Shown: piece after piece, positions 24,429 to 36,409 of the stretch | How positions within the stretch are numbered: the stretch's first letter is position 1 | Layout of the letters: every line of letters begins with the position of its first letter | Origin: Felis catus | Lineage: Eukaryota | Length of the DNA stretch: 64,000 bases | Direction: 5' to 3' | Assembly (NCBI RefSeq): GCF_018350175.1 | Contig: NC_058368.1 | Span: 58,034,001-58,098,000 of the forward strand | Notes under the pieces: model-generated | Database searches by the model: none | What the model saw: the letters and a program-made list of their open reading frames with translations, nothing else | What the model was told of the DNA's origin: nothing | Translations under genes and position numbers: made by a program

Positions 24429-24651
24429 CAGGCTCTCTCAGCCTTGGCTTTATTTGCACTTTGGCCTGAATAATTCTTTTAAAGAGGAGGGTGGCTGGCT
24501 ATCTTCGGCACTGTAGGATACTTACTGGCATCTCTGCCCTTTACCTTCTAGATAGTAGTAACTTTCTAACCATTGTGACAACTAGAAATGTCTCCAATTA
24601 TTATCCAAAGTCAGCTGTGGCAGCAAAATCCATCCTGGTGAAAAACAACTA
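24429..24651. mobile_element. MER20-like hAT-Charlie non-autonomous DNA transposon
   Basis: About 220 bp containing gaataattcttt…cactgtaggatacttactggcatc…ctagatagtagta…ttgtgacaactagaaatgtctcca, with degenerate TIRs. Confidence 0.75.
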
Positions 24652-25295
24652 CCCATGAAAACTATGTTTTTGTATCACAATATAATATATTCAGTATATT
24701 AAAATTCTTTATAATTTAACCTGGTTTAATTATTGTCTAGTATATTCATATATTTTAGGCATTATTCATACATATTAGTTTGTGCCACATTTGATTGGAA
24801 AAGTTAATAGAGTCATAAAGGTGATTACACAAAAGTTACAACAGAACAACATGGAAAAACTATAGTAGTTTCATTTCTGCATAGTGATATACACCATCAG
24901 TGACAGAGCCCCTTCTCTGTTACAAATCAGAAGGGATTCAAAAGTGTTGCTCATCACAGATTTTGAAAGCAGACATTTAAACTAAGATTTATCTTTGCTA
25001 AGTGATAGTATGCATAAATGCTATGACAGCAAATGGAATGTTCACTCATCTCTGCCTTTGTGGGTCAGGAAAGGAGAAGGAGATTTGAATGGATGAGTAG
25101 GATATCAATATCAAATCACTAGTGATCTTTAATTTATCCACATTAAATAAAGCCTTATTGCCTAATAACATAATCATCAGTTTCTTGAATTAATGAAATA
25201 TAACAATAGGCATTGCACCAAAGAAAAGCGAGTAATCTGAACTCAGTTGCATTACTCAGGTTCCCCAACATCAAAATACCTAAACTGATAAAGCA

Positions 25296-25467
25296 GGGGT
25301 GTCTGGGTGGCACAGTCGGTTGAGCATCTGACTCTTGATTTCAGCTCAGGTCATGATCCCAGGGTCATGGGATCGAGCCCCACGTTGCCACCCTCTCTCT
25401 CTCTCTCCCTCTCTCTCTCTCTCTCTGTCCCTTTCACTTACTTGCACATATTTTCTCTCTCTGAAAT
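25296..25467 (+). mobile_element. Older CAN-SINE
   Basis: Head ggggtgtctgggtggcacagtcggttgagcatctgactcttgatttcagctcaggtcatgatc and a (CT)n tract; tail replaced by a microsatellite. Confidence 0.9.
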
Positions 25468-25551
25468 AGATAGATAGATGATAGATAGATAGATAGATAG
25501 ATGATTGATAGATCAAAAAGGGATAGATGATAGATGATAGATGATAGATAG

Positions 25552-25582
<31 letters not shown>

Positions 25583-25602
25583 CATACATAGATGATAGAT
25601 AA
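25468..25602. repeat. Compound (GATA)n-(CATA)n tetranucleotide microsatellite
   Basis: Imperfect GATA repeats, then about nine CATA units at 25554-25590, then GATA again. Confidence 0.95.
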
Positions 25603-26051
25603 AATAGTTAATGATCCAGACACAATAGAAAGCCCCTTTAGCAAACTTTGGCCATTTCCCTTTGCCACTTAAACATGCTAACTGATTTTTGTACAAAGGT
25701 GAACTGTTAGTGAATGTTTCCCCTAGAAAGCCTGAGCACATCTGCTCTGCCTTCCTCCCAGCTGATCAGAGTGCTAAGGTGAGGTGATTGTGTTTTTCCC
25801 TGTTTCTGTGATGTTTGTTTTCACAGTAATGTAAATTTATTAATTGTCTCACAATCTAGTTAAATATCCATGTGGAAGACAAATAATTTCATCTATAAAA
25901 CTTTGGAAACACAATAAAACTTGGGAAACACACAATAATGGGGAACTACTAAAGCATCTTGGGAGGTGTGGATGGGTAAGGCGACTGGAATATTGGTAAA
26001 GGGTGAAAATCTAATAGAATTCTAGGTTCAGATTGCTTTAAAATTGATTCA

Positions 26052-26450
26052 TATATACAATGGAATATCATTCAGGCATGAACAGAAGAAATATTGTTAT
26101 TTACAACAACATGGATGGGCTAGAGAGTACAATGTTAAGTGAAAGTGAGAGAAAAACAAGTATCATATTATTTCACACATAGATGGAATTTAAGAAATAA
26201 AACAAATAAGCAAAGGGAAAAAACAAGACAATGAGGGACAAAGCAAGAAAAGACTCTTAATTACAGAGAAAAAACTGATGGGTTAATTAGGTGATGGGGA
26301 TTAAAGACTGCATTTGTGATGAGCACCTGGTGCTGTATGGAAATGATGATTACTATATTGTACAACTGAAACTAATATTGCACTATATTTAACTAACTAA
26401 ATAAAAATAAAAATAAAAAATGAAATGAAATGGAAAAAATAAAAAAAAAT
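26052..26450 (+). mobile_element. Older carnivore L1 3' end
   Basis: tatacaatggaatatcattcag…caacaacatggatgg…gtgatggggattaaagactgcatttgtgatgagcac…aactgaaactaatattg followed by an A-rich tail. Confidence 0.88.
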
Positions 26451-27993
26451 ATGTATTCTCTTTAAATATAAATACTATTAAGACTATATGTTCCATTTAT
26501 TACAGCTTCCAAGCTGTCTTTCCTTGTACAGTGTTCATCTTAGTCTTTTGGAACAATAATATCCAAGAGCTGTTGCCAATGTGTTAAATTGTCATTTTTA
26601 TGTAGCTAAATGAGAAAGCTAATGACAATATAATAAATTCTTTATGTACTTAAGGTATTATAATTTAGAAGGCTCTTATTCTGAAATATGACTTCCCTTC
26701 TCTTCAGTGATAAATTCACATAGTAGACTGTATAGTAGATTTATTTGAGATGTAGCTCTTTGTTTTGCTTCATCTAATATTTTTATTTAATAAAACATAA
26801 AAATGCTATAATTAATATATTGGGGTTATTTTTTCAGTTTTAGTTTTTCTATTTCATTGAAAGGTATGGGGAAAACCCTTTTGGAATTTGTTTTATGTTT
26901 ATCTTTTAATATTGAATTTTAAAATATGATTGAAATTAAAACTGATTCTCATCAAGCAAAGTAACCAGTGACACAAAGGCATACCAAATAGAGTAAGACA
27001 GAAGATAGAATATATTGATAAGATTTTCTTACTTACTGCTGGCAAAGTTTGGTGCTATTACCTGCCATCTTGACACAGACTCACAGTATAAAATAGGAGC
27101 TTACTCTTTCAGATTTCTCATTCCTTGTGCATAGCTCTCTGTGATATGCATATGTTGACTCTGATGATTTTGAAAAGAAGTTTTATACAATTTTATTCTC
27201 TATATTAAGGAACTATATTCTATTGAAGGGAACTACTTAAAGTTAATGAATTAATTGCCTAGGGGATATAAAACACAAAGATAATTTTTGAATGCAGGCT
27301 GCATGTGGAGTAAGGTGAAAGGCAAGATAAACTAAACACAAATAGAAATTCCATATCTTTTTCATAACTCTTTTTCCTGTTCTGAGGTAAAAACTATGCC
27401 TGATATGTACCAAGCAACCAGCCAGTTAGATGATTGGCATATATTATCAACCTTTGACCTCAAAAAGACCAAAACAAATTAATATTATTAATCTATATTT
27501 AACAGCTGGAGAATTTGAAATCTCAAGAAGGTAACTTTCCCCATTTCAATGTAGCTAGGAAATGAAAAAGAAAAGATTCTAAGACTACAAAGCCTCAAAA
27601 GGAATGGTCCTTAAAGACACTGTTCTTTACAAGTTTGTTTGCATCAGTCACCTATTTCAAAAGCATTTTAGAATCATCTGAATCTGAAAACATACAGATA
27701 GGACATTTTGGCATTTCTCTATCCTTGTTAATATATTGTGTCTATTTATTATTTTTAACAAATTGTAAATGCTTCTACTCTTGCTATTACTACTTCTACT
27801 TCAATCACTTACACAATGAAACTCAAAAAACTTTTGTTCACATTATGATTTATGAATCATGAGTATAATTATACTTGGTTAAAGAACACCTCATTTTTAT
27901 TTCTGGACTCATTTCACATGTCAAAATTTAGAGAAACTGACATTCTCTTAATCAGTGTTAATATTGCTTCCAAGAGAATCCCCTGATTTTTCT

Positions 27994-27997
<4 letters not shown>

Positions 27998-28024
<27 letters not shown>
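27998..28024. repeat. (CT)n microsatellite
   Basis: Read directly from the sequence. Confidence 0.9.
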
Positions 28025-29691
28025 TTTGTTATTGCCAAGACAATTCCCTTTATATTCCAGTTGTTTTTTTCTTCTTGACCATTGATTACTCATTTTCTTC
28101 CTAGTTAGGTTTCTGAAATATACTACAGTGGTATTTAACTGCAATGATTTGATATTGTAATTGGTATTTACAAGCTTTAGCTTTATCTCTATTATTTACT
28201 AACTGTGATACTGGAAAAGATATTTGAACTATAAAGCAATTTCCTCCTCTGTAAATGGGGACAATAAGGTTATTCATTTCATAAGACCATTGTTATGATT
28301 AAATTAAAACTATATTAAAGGATTAAAGTATTATCTCAGTTTGTGGCACATTAGGTTTAATATATTTTAGTAATATTAAATGGTTATTGTATTGTGGCAC
28401 TCAGTGCTTTGTATACAATATTATATGTGCTGAAATCCATTGTAATTTATACAACATCTCTTTGTGATAGTTGTAAGGTACTGTATCTGCCAGAGCTTAT
28501 GTAAATGGCTACCCAAGCTATATGATATAAAACTGTAGGCAGTATCACGTAGATTACAAATGGATGGCACTCTCTCAAGTACTATAATGCTTTGGTACCT
28601 GAACCTAGTCAGCTTACAACGGAATAAAGCCCATAACACCCCAACTCAGGACCATATCTTGTCTCCAAGTCACTCATATCTAAAGTGACAGGTACAGTCT
28701 ATCCAGAAGCTACTTTCTCATTCTTTATTGCCAAAATAATCTAGATGTAGTTAAGACAGATGAAAATATTGTGTCCAGAAAAGATGGGCCCCTTCTAGGC
28801 CCAGGGGATAAGTGATGATTGAATTAAGTAAGGTTAGCAAAACTAATAGTTTTGGCCAGCAATTGGTTTAAGGAGACGGGAAAGTTGGGTCAGTTCTGGC
28901 CAACGATAAATTAGAGATGTGAGGCTGGATGGACCTAGGGAAAAAGATTTCCACTGTAACTAAAACAATGTGTAGGGAGACACTTCCCTTCCTTTCTTTG
29001 GATGCAATCACATACACAAGGGTGGACTGCAGGTGAAGTTTTAATTTTAACTATGATATAACAAGCCTATGGATAAAAGAAGAAATTCTAGGACCAGCAA
29101 AAAGGAAATGTGTGAAAGCCAAGAGATCTTGAATGAAAGTATTAAGAATTAGTAGCATCTGCTTCCCACTTTCTTGTCATGTGCAATTTTGGTTGGGATT
29201 TCTATTAACTGTAAGTAAAAACCTCCTGATACATTTAATTAATCAGTTTTATCTGATTTTCCTTTATGCCATAGGATTTCACAAGTCAAGTTTAAATTCT
29301 CATTTTGTTCTATTCTACAATTCTGCTTAGAGTCAACAAATTCTCCAGTCCTCTTCTTCTGGACCCTTTCATTTTTTTTTTTTTTACTACTACAGATTTT
29401 CAGTGTAAAAAGCAAAGAACTTTTAAACAGTTATACACATTTTTATCTCTATCTTACCTCTAGTTTATTTCCTCATCTATGAAATGATGACAGTATATGC
29501 CTCAGAGGTTATTGTGGACTGTCCAACATAATAATCAGAGACATATTTTAAGTCTTTAGTAAATTGTCTTCTTGCTTTCTATTTGGTGAAAATAGATTAG
29601 CTTAAAAAGCTTTTTAAAAATTGTATATACTCAGATAAATCTTGACTAAAGAGCTTTCCTAAAATACAAGCATTAGAAGCAAACAGATCTT

Positions 29692-29857
29692 GGGGTGCCT
29701 GGGTGGCTCCGTCAGTTAAGTGTCCACCTTCAGCTCAGTTCATGATCTCACGGTTGGTGAGTTCAAGCCCCATGTCAGGCTCTGTGCTGACAGCTTGGAA
29801 CCTGGAGCCTGCTTAGGATTCTGTGTCTCCCTCTCTCTCTGCCTCTCCCCTGCTTGC

Positions 29858-29910
<53 letters not shown>

Positions 29911-29940
29911 AATAAATTAACATTATTTTTTTAAAAAAAT
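29692..29940 (+). mobile_element. CAN-SINE with expanded (CT)n
   Basis: Full body; imperfect TSD aag(c/t)aaacagat; long (CT)n at about 29862-29907. Confidence 0.95.
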
Positions 29941-30336
29941 AAGTAAACAGATATTTTATGTCATACATAACTTAACAAATGCCAAAATTATCTGACATGT
30001 CCACAGTAAATGTGTAGTACGTTATATGGTTCAGTCATTTGAAGGTACAGAAATTCAAAGGCAACAAATATTTACAAGTTGTGACCACATTATGATATAA
30101 AAAAATTAAATTATATATCTAAAATGATAAAAAATTGATAATGCTTTCTCAGTTCCAGGGAAATTTCGTTATTTGTCAGAAAATAACAAACTTACCCCAG
30201 TGAAACATTTTACTCTGGTCTTCACCTGGGGAGATATATTGGCTGATAACATTTTCTCACTTACAATTGATCTCTCTCTCTTCTTCTCTGTCTGTGTGAG
30301 TCTCTTTGACTTTTTTGTATAAGAATGAACAAAATT

Positions 30337-30547
30337 AGAGATGCCTGGGTGGCTATGTTGGTTGAGCATCCAACTTCAGCTCAGGTCATTATCTTATGGT
30401 TTATGGGTTCAAGCCCCTTATCTGGGCTAATAGCCCAGAGCCTGGAGCCTGCTTCAGATTGTGTGTCTCCCTCCCACTCTGCTCCTCCCCTGCTCATGCT
30501 CTGTCTCTTTCTGTCTCTCAGCAATAAATAAATGTTAAATTTTTTTT
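30337..30547 (+). mobile_element. CAN-SINE
   Basis: Diverged body; TSD aatgaacaaaat at 30324-30335 and 30548-30559. Confidence 0.93.
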
Positions 30548-31036
30548 AATGAACAAAATCTATGAGATTTTCTTATAGCAGAAAAATAATACTATGTTTA
30601 TAGTAAAAGCTTTTTCAATATTGGCAATATAGTGATGTATTGAGAAAGCAATTCAACTGACTGTATGAAGCCTGTTTCCTATTCCAGGCATTCTTTATTT
30701 CTCCCACAAGACGTAGGGAAGAATACATAAGACAGGGTATGACATTTATAGAGTGTGTACTATGAAGCAGGAATTTTACTTGGTGTACAGTGTAGCACAT
30801 CTTGTTATAAGCCTCATTTATCAACTCAGTTGAATGATCTGATATTATTTCACTTTTACATGTGGGGTTTGAGGTTCAGAGAGACATACAGAATGATGAC
30901 GTGAATATGTGGCACAGTTTATTAAATACAACTTTTGACAATATGAAAATTCCTTCTCTTTTTATTTCAATCTCCCGATACTAAGACATTCCATATTTCT
31001 ACTTTTTCACAGATATCTCATAAAATTTATAATATA

Positions 31037-31241
31037 GAAGTATACCTCATATATATTGGAAGTTCAGTTCCAGACTACTGCAATAAAGTGAATATTGCAA
31101 TAAAGTGAGTCAAATGAATTTTTTTGGTTTCCTAGTGCATATAAAATTTATGTTCATACTATACTATAGTCTATGAAGTGTGCAATAGTATTATGTCTGA
31201 AAAACAATGTATATACCTTAATTTATAAATACTTCATTGCT
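31037..31241 (-). mobile_element. Tigger1 terminal fragment
   Basis: gttccagactactgcaataaagtgaatattgcaataaagtgagtcaaatgaatttttttggtttcctagtgcatataaaa matches a Tigger1 end (from memory). Confidence 0.85.
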
Positions 31242-31306
31242 GAGAGCCTGGTTGGCTCAGTCTACAAAGCATGCAACTCTTGATCTTGTGGTTGTGAATT
31301 CAAGCC
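31242..31306 (+). mobile_element. CAN-SINE head fragment (tRNA-like part only)
   Basis: gcctggttggctcagtctacaaagcatgcaactcttgatcttgtggttgtgaattcaagcc. Confidence 0.75.
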
Positions 31307-31676
31307 ATAAATATTACTTAAATATGCATAAATCTTTATTGTGCTATTTAATCTTCACAGCAATCCTATGAGTTTAATCCCAGTATTACTATCATCATTC
31401 TCATTATTATTGTCAATATTATGATCATGAATGCGGGTTCAGTAAATTGTCTCAAAAGCCAATTAGTAGCAGAGCTTGGATTCAAGCATAGCATTTGAAT
31501 CTAGAATATCCAAATTCATAAATATTCTATTATTTTATCACACTTTATCATCTTTACAGTACATTATTAAATATTTAAATGCAAAGAAATATGTTTTCCA
31601 TATGCATGTTTTTAGTACCTAGCCAATTGCTTACATTTTGGTAAATTTTATTAAATGTTGTAAAATAAAATCTGTA

Positions 31677-31883
31677 GGGTGCCAGGGGGACCAGTTGGTT
31701 AAGAATCCAACCCTTAATTTAGGCTCAGGTCATGATCTCACAGTTTGTAAGATCAAGCCCTGTGCTGGGCTCTGTGTTGACAGCATGGAAACTGCTTGGG
31801 ATTTTCTCTCTCTTCCTCTCTCTCTGTCCCTCCCTTACTCACACTCTGTCTCTCAGTATAAATAAACATTAAAAATTAAAAAA
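31677..31883 (+). mobile_element. CAN-SINE
   Basis: Diverged body; TSD aaaataaaatctgta at 31662-31676 and 31884-31898. Confidence 0.92.
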
Positions 31884-32116
31884 AAAATAAAATCTGTAAC
31901 TACAAATTTTAGTAAGCTTTGCAATGCATTGAAATTTACCAGGTAATTAAATTCAGTTGTGACAAGAGTATATAATAGTTAAATTAAATAGTTATGGCAT
32001 TTTGACATCATAACTCAGCTACTATCTCTATCACTTAGGTATAATAGAACCTTGAGAAAATCACACACCCTCAATTAGAGAGGGTGAAAAATCAGATAGC
32101 AACACCTGTCTTATAG

Positions 32117-32121
<5 letters not shown>

Positions 32122-32151
<30 letters not shown>
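32122..32151. repeat. (TA)n microsatellite
   Basis: Read directly from the sequence. Confidence 0.95.
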
Positions 32152-32153
<2 letters not shown>

Positions 32154-33532
32154 GTATTTAATGTGTCATAAAATAATCATATGAAATTACTTCCTGAATT
32201 TAAGAATATTTAATAAAGATAGTTTGTTATTCAATTATTTTTATCCTAAAATAATTGAATTTAAATGATAATGTTAGTGGTTTTTAATTAACAATTATAT
32301 ATCTATATCTATTAATAAGTATATACATCAGTATGGGAAATGGTATCAATATAGGTATACACTCTCATAGGAAAATCATACACAATTTAGTTCTCTGTAA
32401 ACTTTTGTAATAACTAAAAAGATATACTTTTTTAAGTTTATCATTGACTAGTAAATTCCTCCACTAAAATATACCTGTTTTATATTTCTTTTTAAGAAAG
32501 GATTCCTGAGATATAAGTGGTATATGTCTATCAAATATTTTATAGATCTCTTTATCAGTATACTAAACACACATTTATATTAAACTTTAGATTAAAAATT
32601 CACCAAAAATTCTACAAAATACTAATATATTTTATGTTTCAGAAATTAAGCTAATTATAAATTAAAAATTTTGGAATAAAATTCATGGAATGCAAGTAAA
32701 TGCTTTCAGTCCTATATACATGGGTTTCTTTCTTTTTTTACCAGAAGAATTATCATAATTAAATACTAGGTAATGTACTTGATCAAAGAATAATTATGTA
32801 TTTACCTTATACTCTAGACTTAACTAGATATAGCTGATAAGCAATTAAAAAATATATATTATCTTTTGTGAGTTAAATTTAGAGAAAAATACTTCTTTCT
32901 TTAAACCTATGGGAAAATACTATGTGATAAGTTATGAGCTAAGATAGCTATGTAAAACACGGCTTGTAAGTGTCAGGATAATGAATCAACCAGTTAACGA
33001 AAATGTAGTTTCAAATCATGCCTATATTATTTCATTCTATTACATGAAGTAGTTTCCAGGTCACTGAGGCAACATACAACAAAAGACTATTTAATTGCTC
33101 CATATTATAATGCCATTCTGATAACAAAATTTCATTCAATAATTGAATAATCATTTTTAAGTACCTTATGAACACTGCAGGAAATACATAGATGAGTAAC
33201 ACATGCTTTCTCAACTTCAAGGTGTTCATTTGTGAGATAAATACTACCCAAACCTATTCTATTGCAGAGCAGAATTAAGCAATTGCTAAGAGACATATAA
33301 AGCATCTATACATCAGCACAAAAATGGAAGCAATTAATTTACCTTGAAGTGAAATCAGGCTGCCAGTTTCAAGGTTAAGAGTTCCGTTATGAAATGATTT
33401 AAAGAAAAACATGGTAAATCTAGCTAATCTCAGTAAAATTACCATTAGTGGAGAGTCCTCTTAGAACATGATCCAAGTTATACACTGGTCTTTAACTTCA
33501 TGAACGCTGTGACTATTTTTCTTTTTTTCCAG

Positions 33533-33578
33533 GGATTTTCATGTAAACTTGAAGAAGCTCCAAGTACTACGAACCTGA
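33533..33578 (+). CDS. Candidate terminal coding exon (coding part) of the same unidentified gene
   Basis: Strong acceptor tttttctttttttccAG (33531-33532). Joining in phase 2 to the 16169-16513 exon gives R-DFHVNLKKLQVLRT-TGA (33576-33578). With the L1 removed, AATAAA (34932-34937) lies about 50 nt after the stop. Confidence 0.5.
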
Positions 33579-33586
33579 TGCCATTT

Positions 33587-34878
33587 TATTTATTTTTTTT
33601 AATTTAATATGAAATTTATTGTCAAATTGGTTTCCATACAACACCCAGTGCTCCTCCCAACAGGTGTCCTCCTCAATGCCCATCACCCACTTTCCCCTCC
33701 CTCCCATCCCCCATCAACCCTCAGTTTATTCTCAGTTTTTAAGAGTCTCTTATGGTTTGGCTCCCTCCCTCTCTAACTTTTCTTTTCCTTCCCCTCCCCC
33801 ATGGTCTTCTGTTAAGTTTCTCAAGATCCACATAAGAGTGAAAACATACGGTATCTGTCTTTCTCTGTATGACTTATTTCACTTAGCATAACACTCTCCA
33901 GTTCCATCCACATTTCTACAAAAGGCCATATTTCATTCTTTCTCATTGCCAAGTGGTATTCCATTGTGTATATAAACCACAATTTCTTTAGCCATTCATC
34001 AGTTGATAGTCATTTAGGCTTTTTCCATTATTTGGCTATTGTTGAAAGTGCTGCTATAAACATTGGAGTACAAGTGTCCCTACGCATCAGCACTCCTCTA
34101 TCACTTGGGTAAATTCTTAGCAGTGCTATTGCTGGATCATAGGGTAGATCTGTTTTTAATTTTTTGAGGAACCTCTACCCTGTTTTCCAGAGGGGCCACA
34201 CCAGTTTGCATTCCCACCAACAGTGCAAGAGGGTTCCCGTTTCTCCACATCCTCTCCAGCATCTATAGTCTCCTGATTTGTTTATTTTAGCCACTCTGAC
34301 TGACGTGAGGTGGTAAATCAGTGTGGTTTGGATTTGTATTTCCCTGATGAGGAGTGACGTTGAGCATCTTTTCATGTGCCTCGTGGCCATCTGGATTTCT
34401 TCTTTAGAGAAGCAAGGGAATTAAAAGCAAAAATGAACTATTGGGACCTCATGAAGATAAAAAGCTTCTGTACTGCAAAGGAAACAATCAACAAAACTAA
34501 AAGGCAACCAACGGAATGGGAAAAGATATTTGCAAATGACATATGAGACAAAGGGCTAGTATCCAAAATCTATAAAGAACTCACCATGGGGCGCCTGGGT
34601 GGCACAGTCGGTTAAGCGTCTGACTTCAGCCAGGTCACGATCTCGCGGTCCATGAGTTCGAGCCCCACGTCAGGCTCTGGGCTGATGGCTCGGAGCCTGG
34701 AGCCTGTTTCCGATTCTGTGTCTCCCTCTCTCTCTGCCCCTCCCCCGTTCATGCTCTGTCTCTCTCTGTCCCAAAAATAAATAAAAATAAACGTTGAAAA
34801 AAAATTTAAAAAAAAAAAAGAACTCACCAAACCCCATGCCCGAAAAACAAATAATCCAGTGAAGAAATGGGCAGAAAC
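33587..34878 (-). mobile_element. Young felid LINE-1 with 5' inversion (twin-priming structure)
   Basis: 33587-34412 is antisense L1 tail, 3'UTR and ORF2 end; 34413-34878 is the upstream ORF2 segment in the opposite orientation. Perfect 13-bp TSD cctgatgccattt at 33574-33586 and 34879-34891; TTT/AA target site. Confidence 0.95.
34588..34816 (+). mobile_element. Young CAN-SINE nested in the inverted L1 segment
   Basis: Full CpG-rich body; perfect TSD aaagaactcacca at 34574-34586 and 34817-34829, itself L1 sequence. Confidence 0.97.
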
Positions 34879-34931
34879 CCTGATGCCATTTAAATCAAAA
34901 TTTACTAATATTTCATAAAAATGTGTACAGT

Positions 34932-34937
34932 AATAAA
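34932..34937 (+). promoter_or_regulatory. Candidate polyadenylation signal for the putative terminal exon
   Basis: AATAAA 40 nt beyond the right L1 TSD; support depends on the exon model. Confidence 0.35.
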
Positions 34938-35220
34938 ATCTTTTCCCCTACCAGCTGATCACATACTTTCCATCTTTCATCTAGCTGCTAAAATGATGAG
35001 ATGAAATTATATCACAGATATACTAGACTTAGCGATAATTCTATTCACTTTCTCTGATCTTTATATTTCCTATTTTTCCCTCACTGTTCCTATTCCTGTT
35101 TGGAACAATGGCAGTGTCCTGTGTAAAAAGTCTGTTTAATAAAATTATGGAAAGAGAGTTTTCATATTTTTGCTGGATGGCATATCTTGTCAGTGAGTTG
35201 AACTAAGTTTCTACCTCCAT

Positions 35221-35222
<2 letters not shown>

Positions 35223-35268
<46 letters not shown>
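35223..35268. repeat. (CA)n microsatellite
   Basis: Read directly from the sequence. Confidence 0.97.
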
Positions 35269-35270
<2 letters not shown>

Positions 35271-36409
35271 TGTCAGCTCAAATGTTAGAAAAATAGTTTA
35301 GATATTTCTTTAACTAACTTGAAACTGAGAGAGGGAAATAACTAACCAGGGAAGAAGACAAAAAATAAATTTAAATTCAGATAGAAGAGATACAGGTGAA
35401 ACCCTCATAGTTATTAGTAGATAACAAACGAGAGCTGATGGGAGCTCCGATACCTGCAGGAAGCAGAGTCAAACTCCTATTGTCGCACGGTTTCTTTCAG
35501 CGAAGTCACCATCATTATAGCCTGTCCGTAAATCGCTCCCTGTCATCTTTTTTCACCCACACCAATGAAATACAATGTATTGTATTCCTAATTGTATTCC
35601 TAATACATTGTATTCCTAATACTTACCAAATGTTCCTGGATCCTACGGCCTCCTCTTCACCCATTAGATCAGTATTTTTCTTCCATTATTTCAATAACAT
35701 CCAAATTTGTCTTCTTTCAAGTTGGCTTCCTTCTACAGGATTCCCTGCTGGACCATCATAATTATATTCGTAAAACATAAGTCTTTGTATTTCATGGCTC
35801 TCCTTTAACCATCAAATAAGTCTCATGACTTTTAATAGGCAATAACACCATTCACAATCTCATCCTTTCTTACTTCTCCAGATTTCTTACATTACTCTTC
35901 TTCCATTTTGTTCCCATCTTTGTCTATATATTGTAATTTTTCAAAAATCTTCCTCTTCTGTATGTGTTGTATACATGCACATTTCTGTGACTCCACTACC
36001 ATTAGAATGTTTTATCTTGTGTACACTTGTTTTCATATACATTAAGATTCCTCAAGATTTCTGTGCTTATTTGGAGCCCTTCCTCCCTACACAATCAACT
36101 TCTCCTTACTGCCTCTGGATGTATCCTTCCATTGTTTCTCCACTATGGTATTCACACCATTAAAGAACTTACAAAGTGGAATCATAGGTGCCTTGTTTTA
36201 TGATTTTATTTTCCACTTTATTACTGTATCTACTAATGCAGTTTACATACGCCACTGATGTTTGATGAATGCGGATGAACTGCGTTGTTGTGAGCTGTAC
36301 TGGAAAAGAAAATTCTTTAAGATCAGGAATTCATATATTCTCTCTGGGCCTCAGTTTACTAAGCGTTAATTATAGGAGATTGAATGAACTGATCTTTAAG
36401 GCCCTTGTA

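Noticed and set aside
28770..29230. Possible old LTR16-like element
   Set aside because: Some resemblance from memory, but ends and family could not be fixed.
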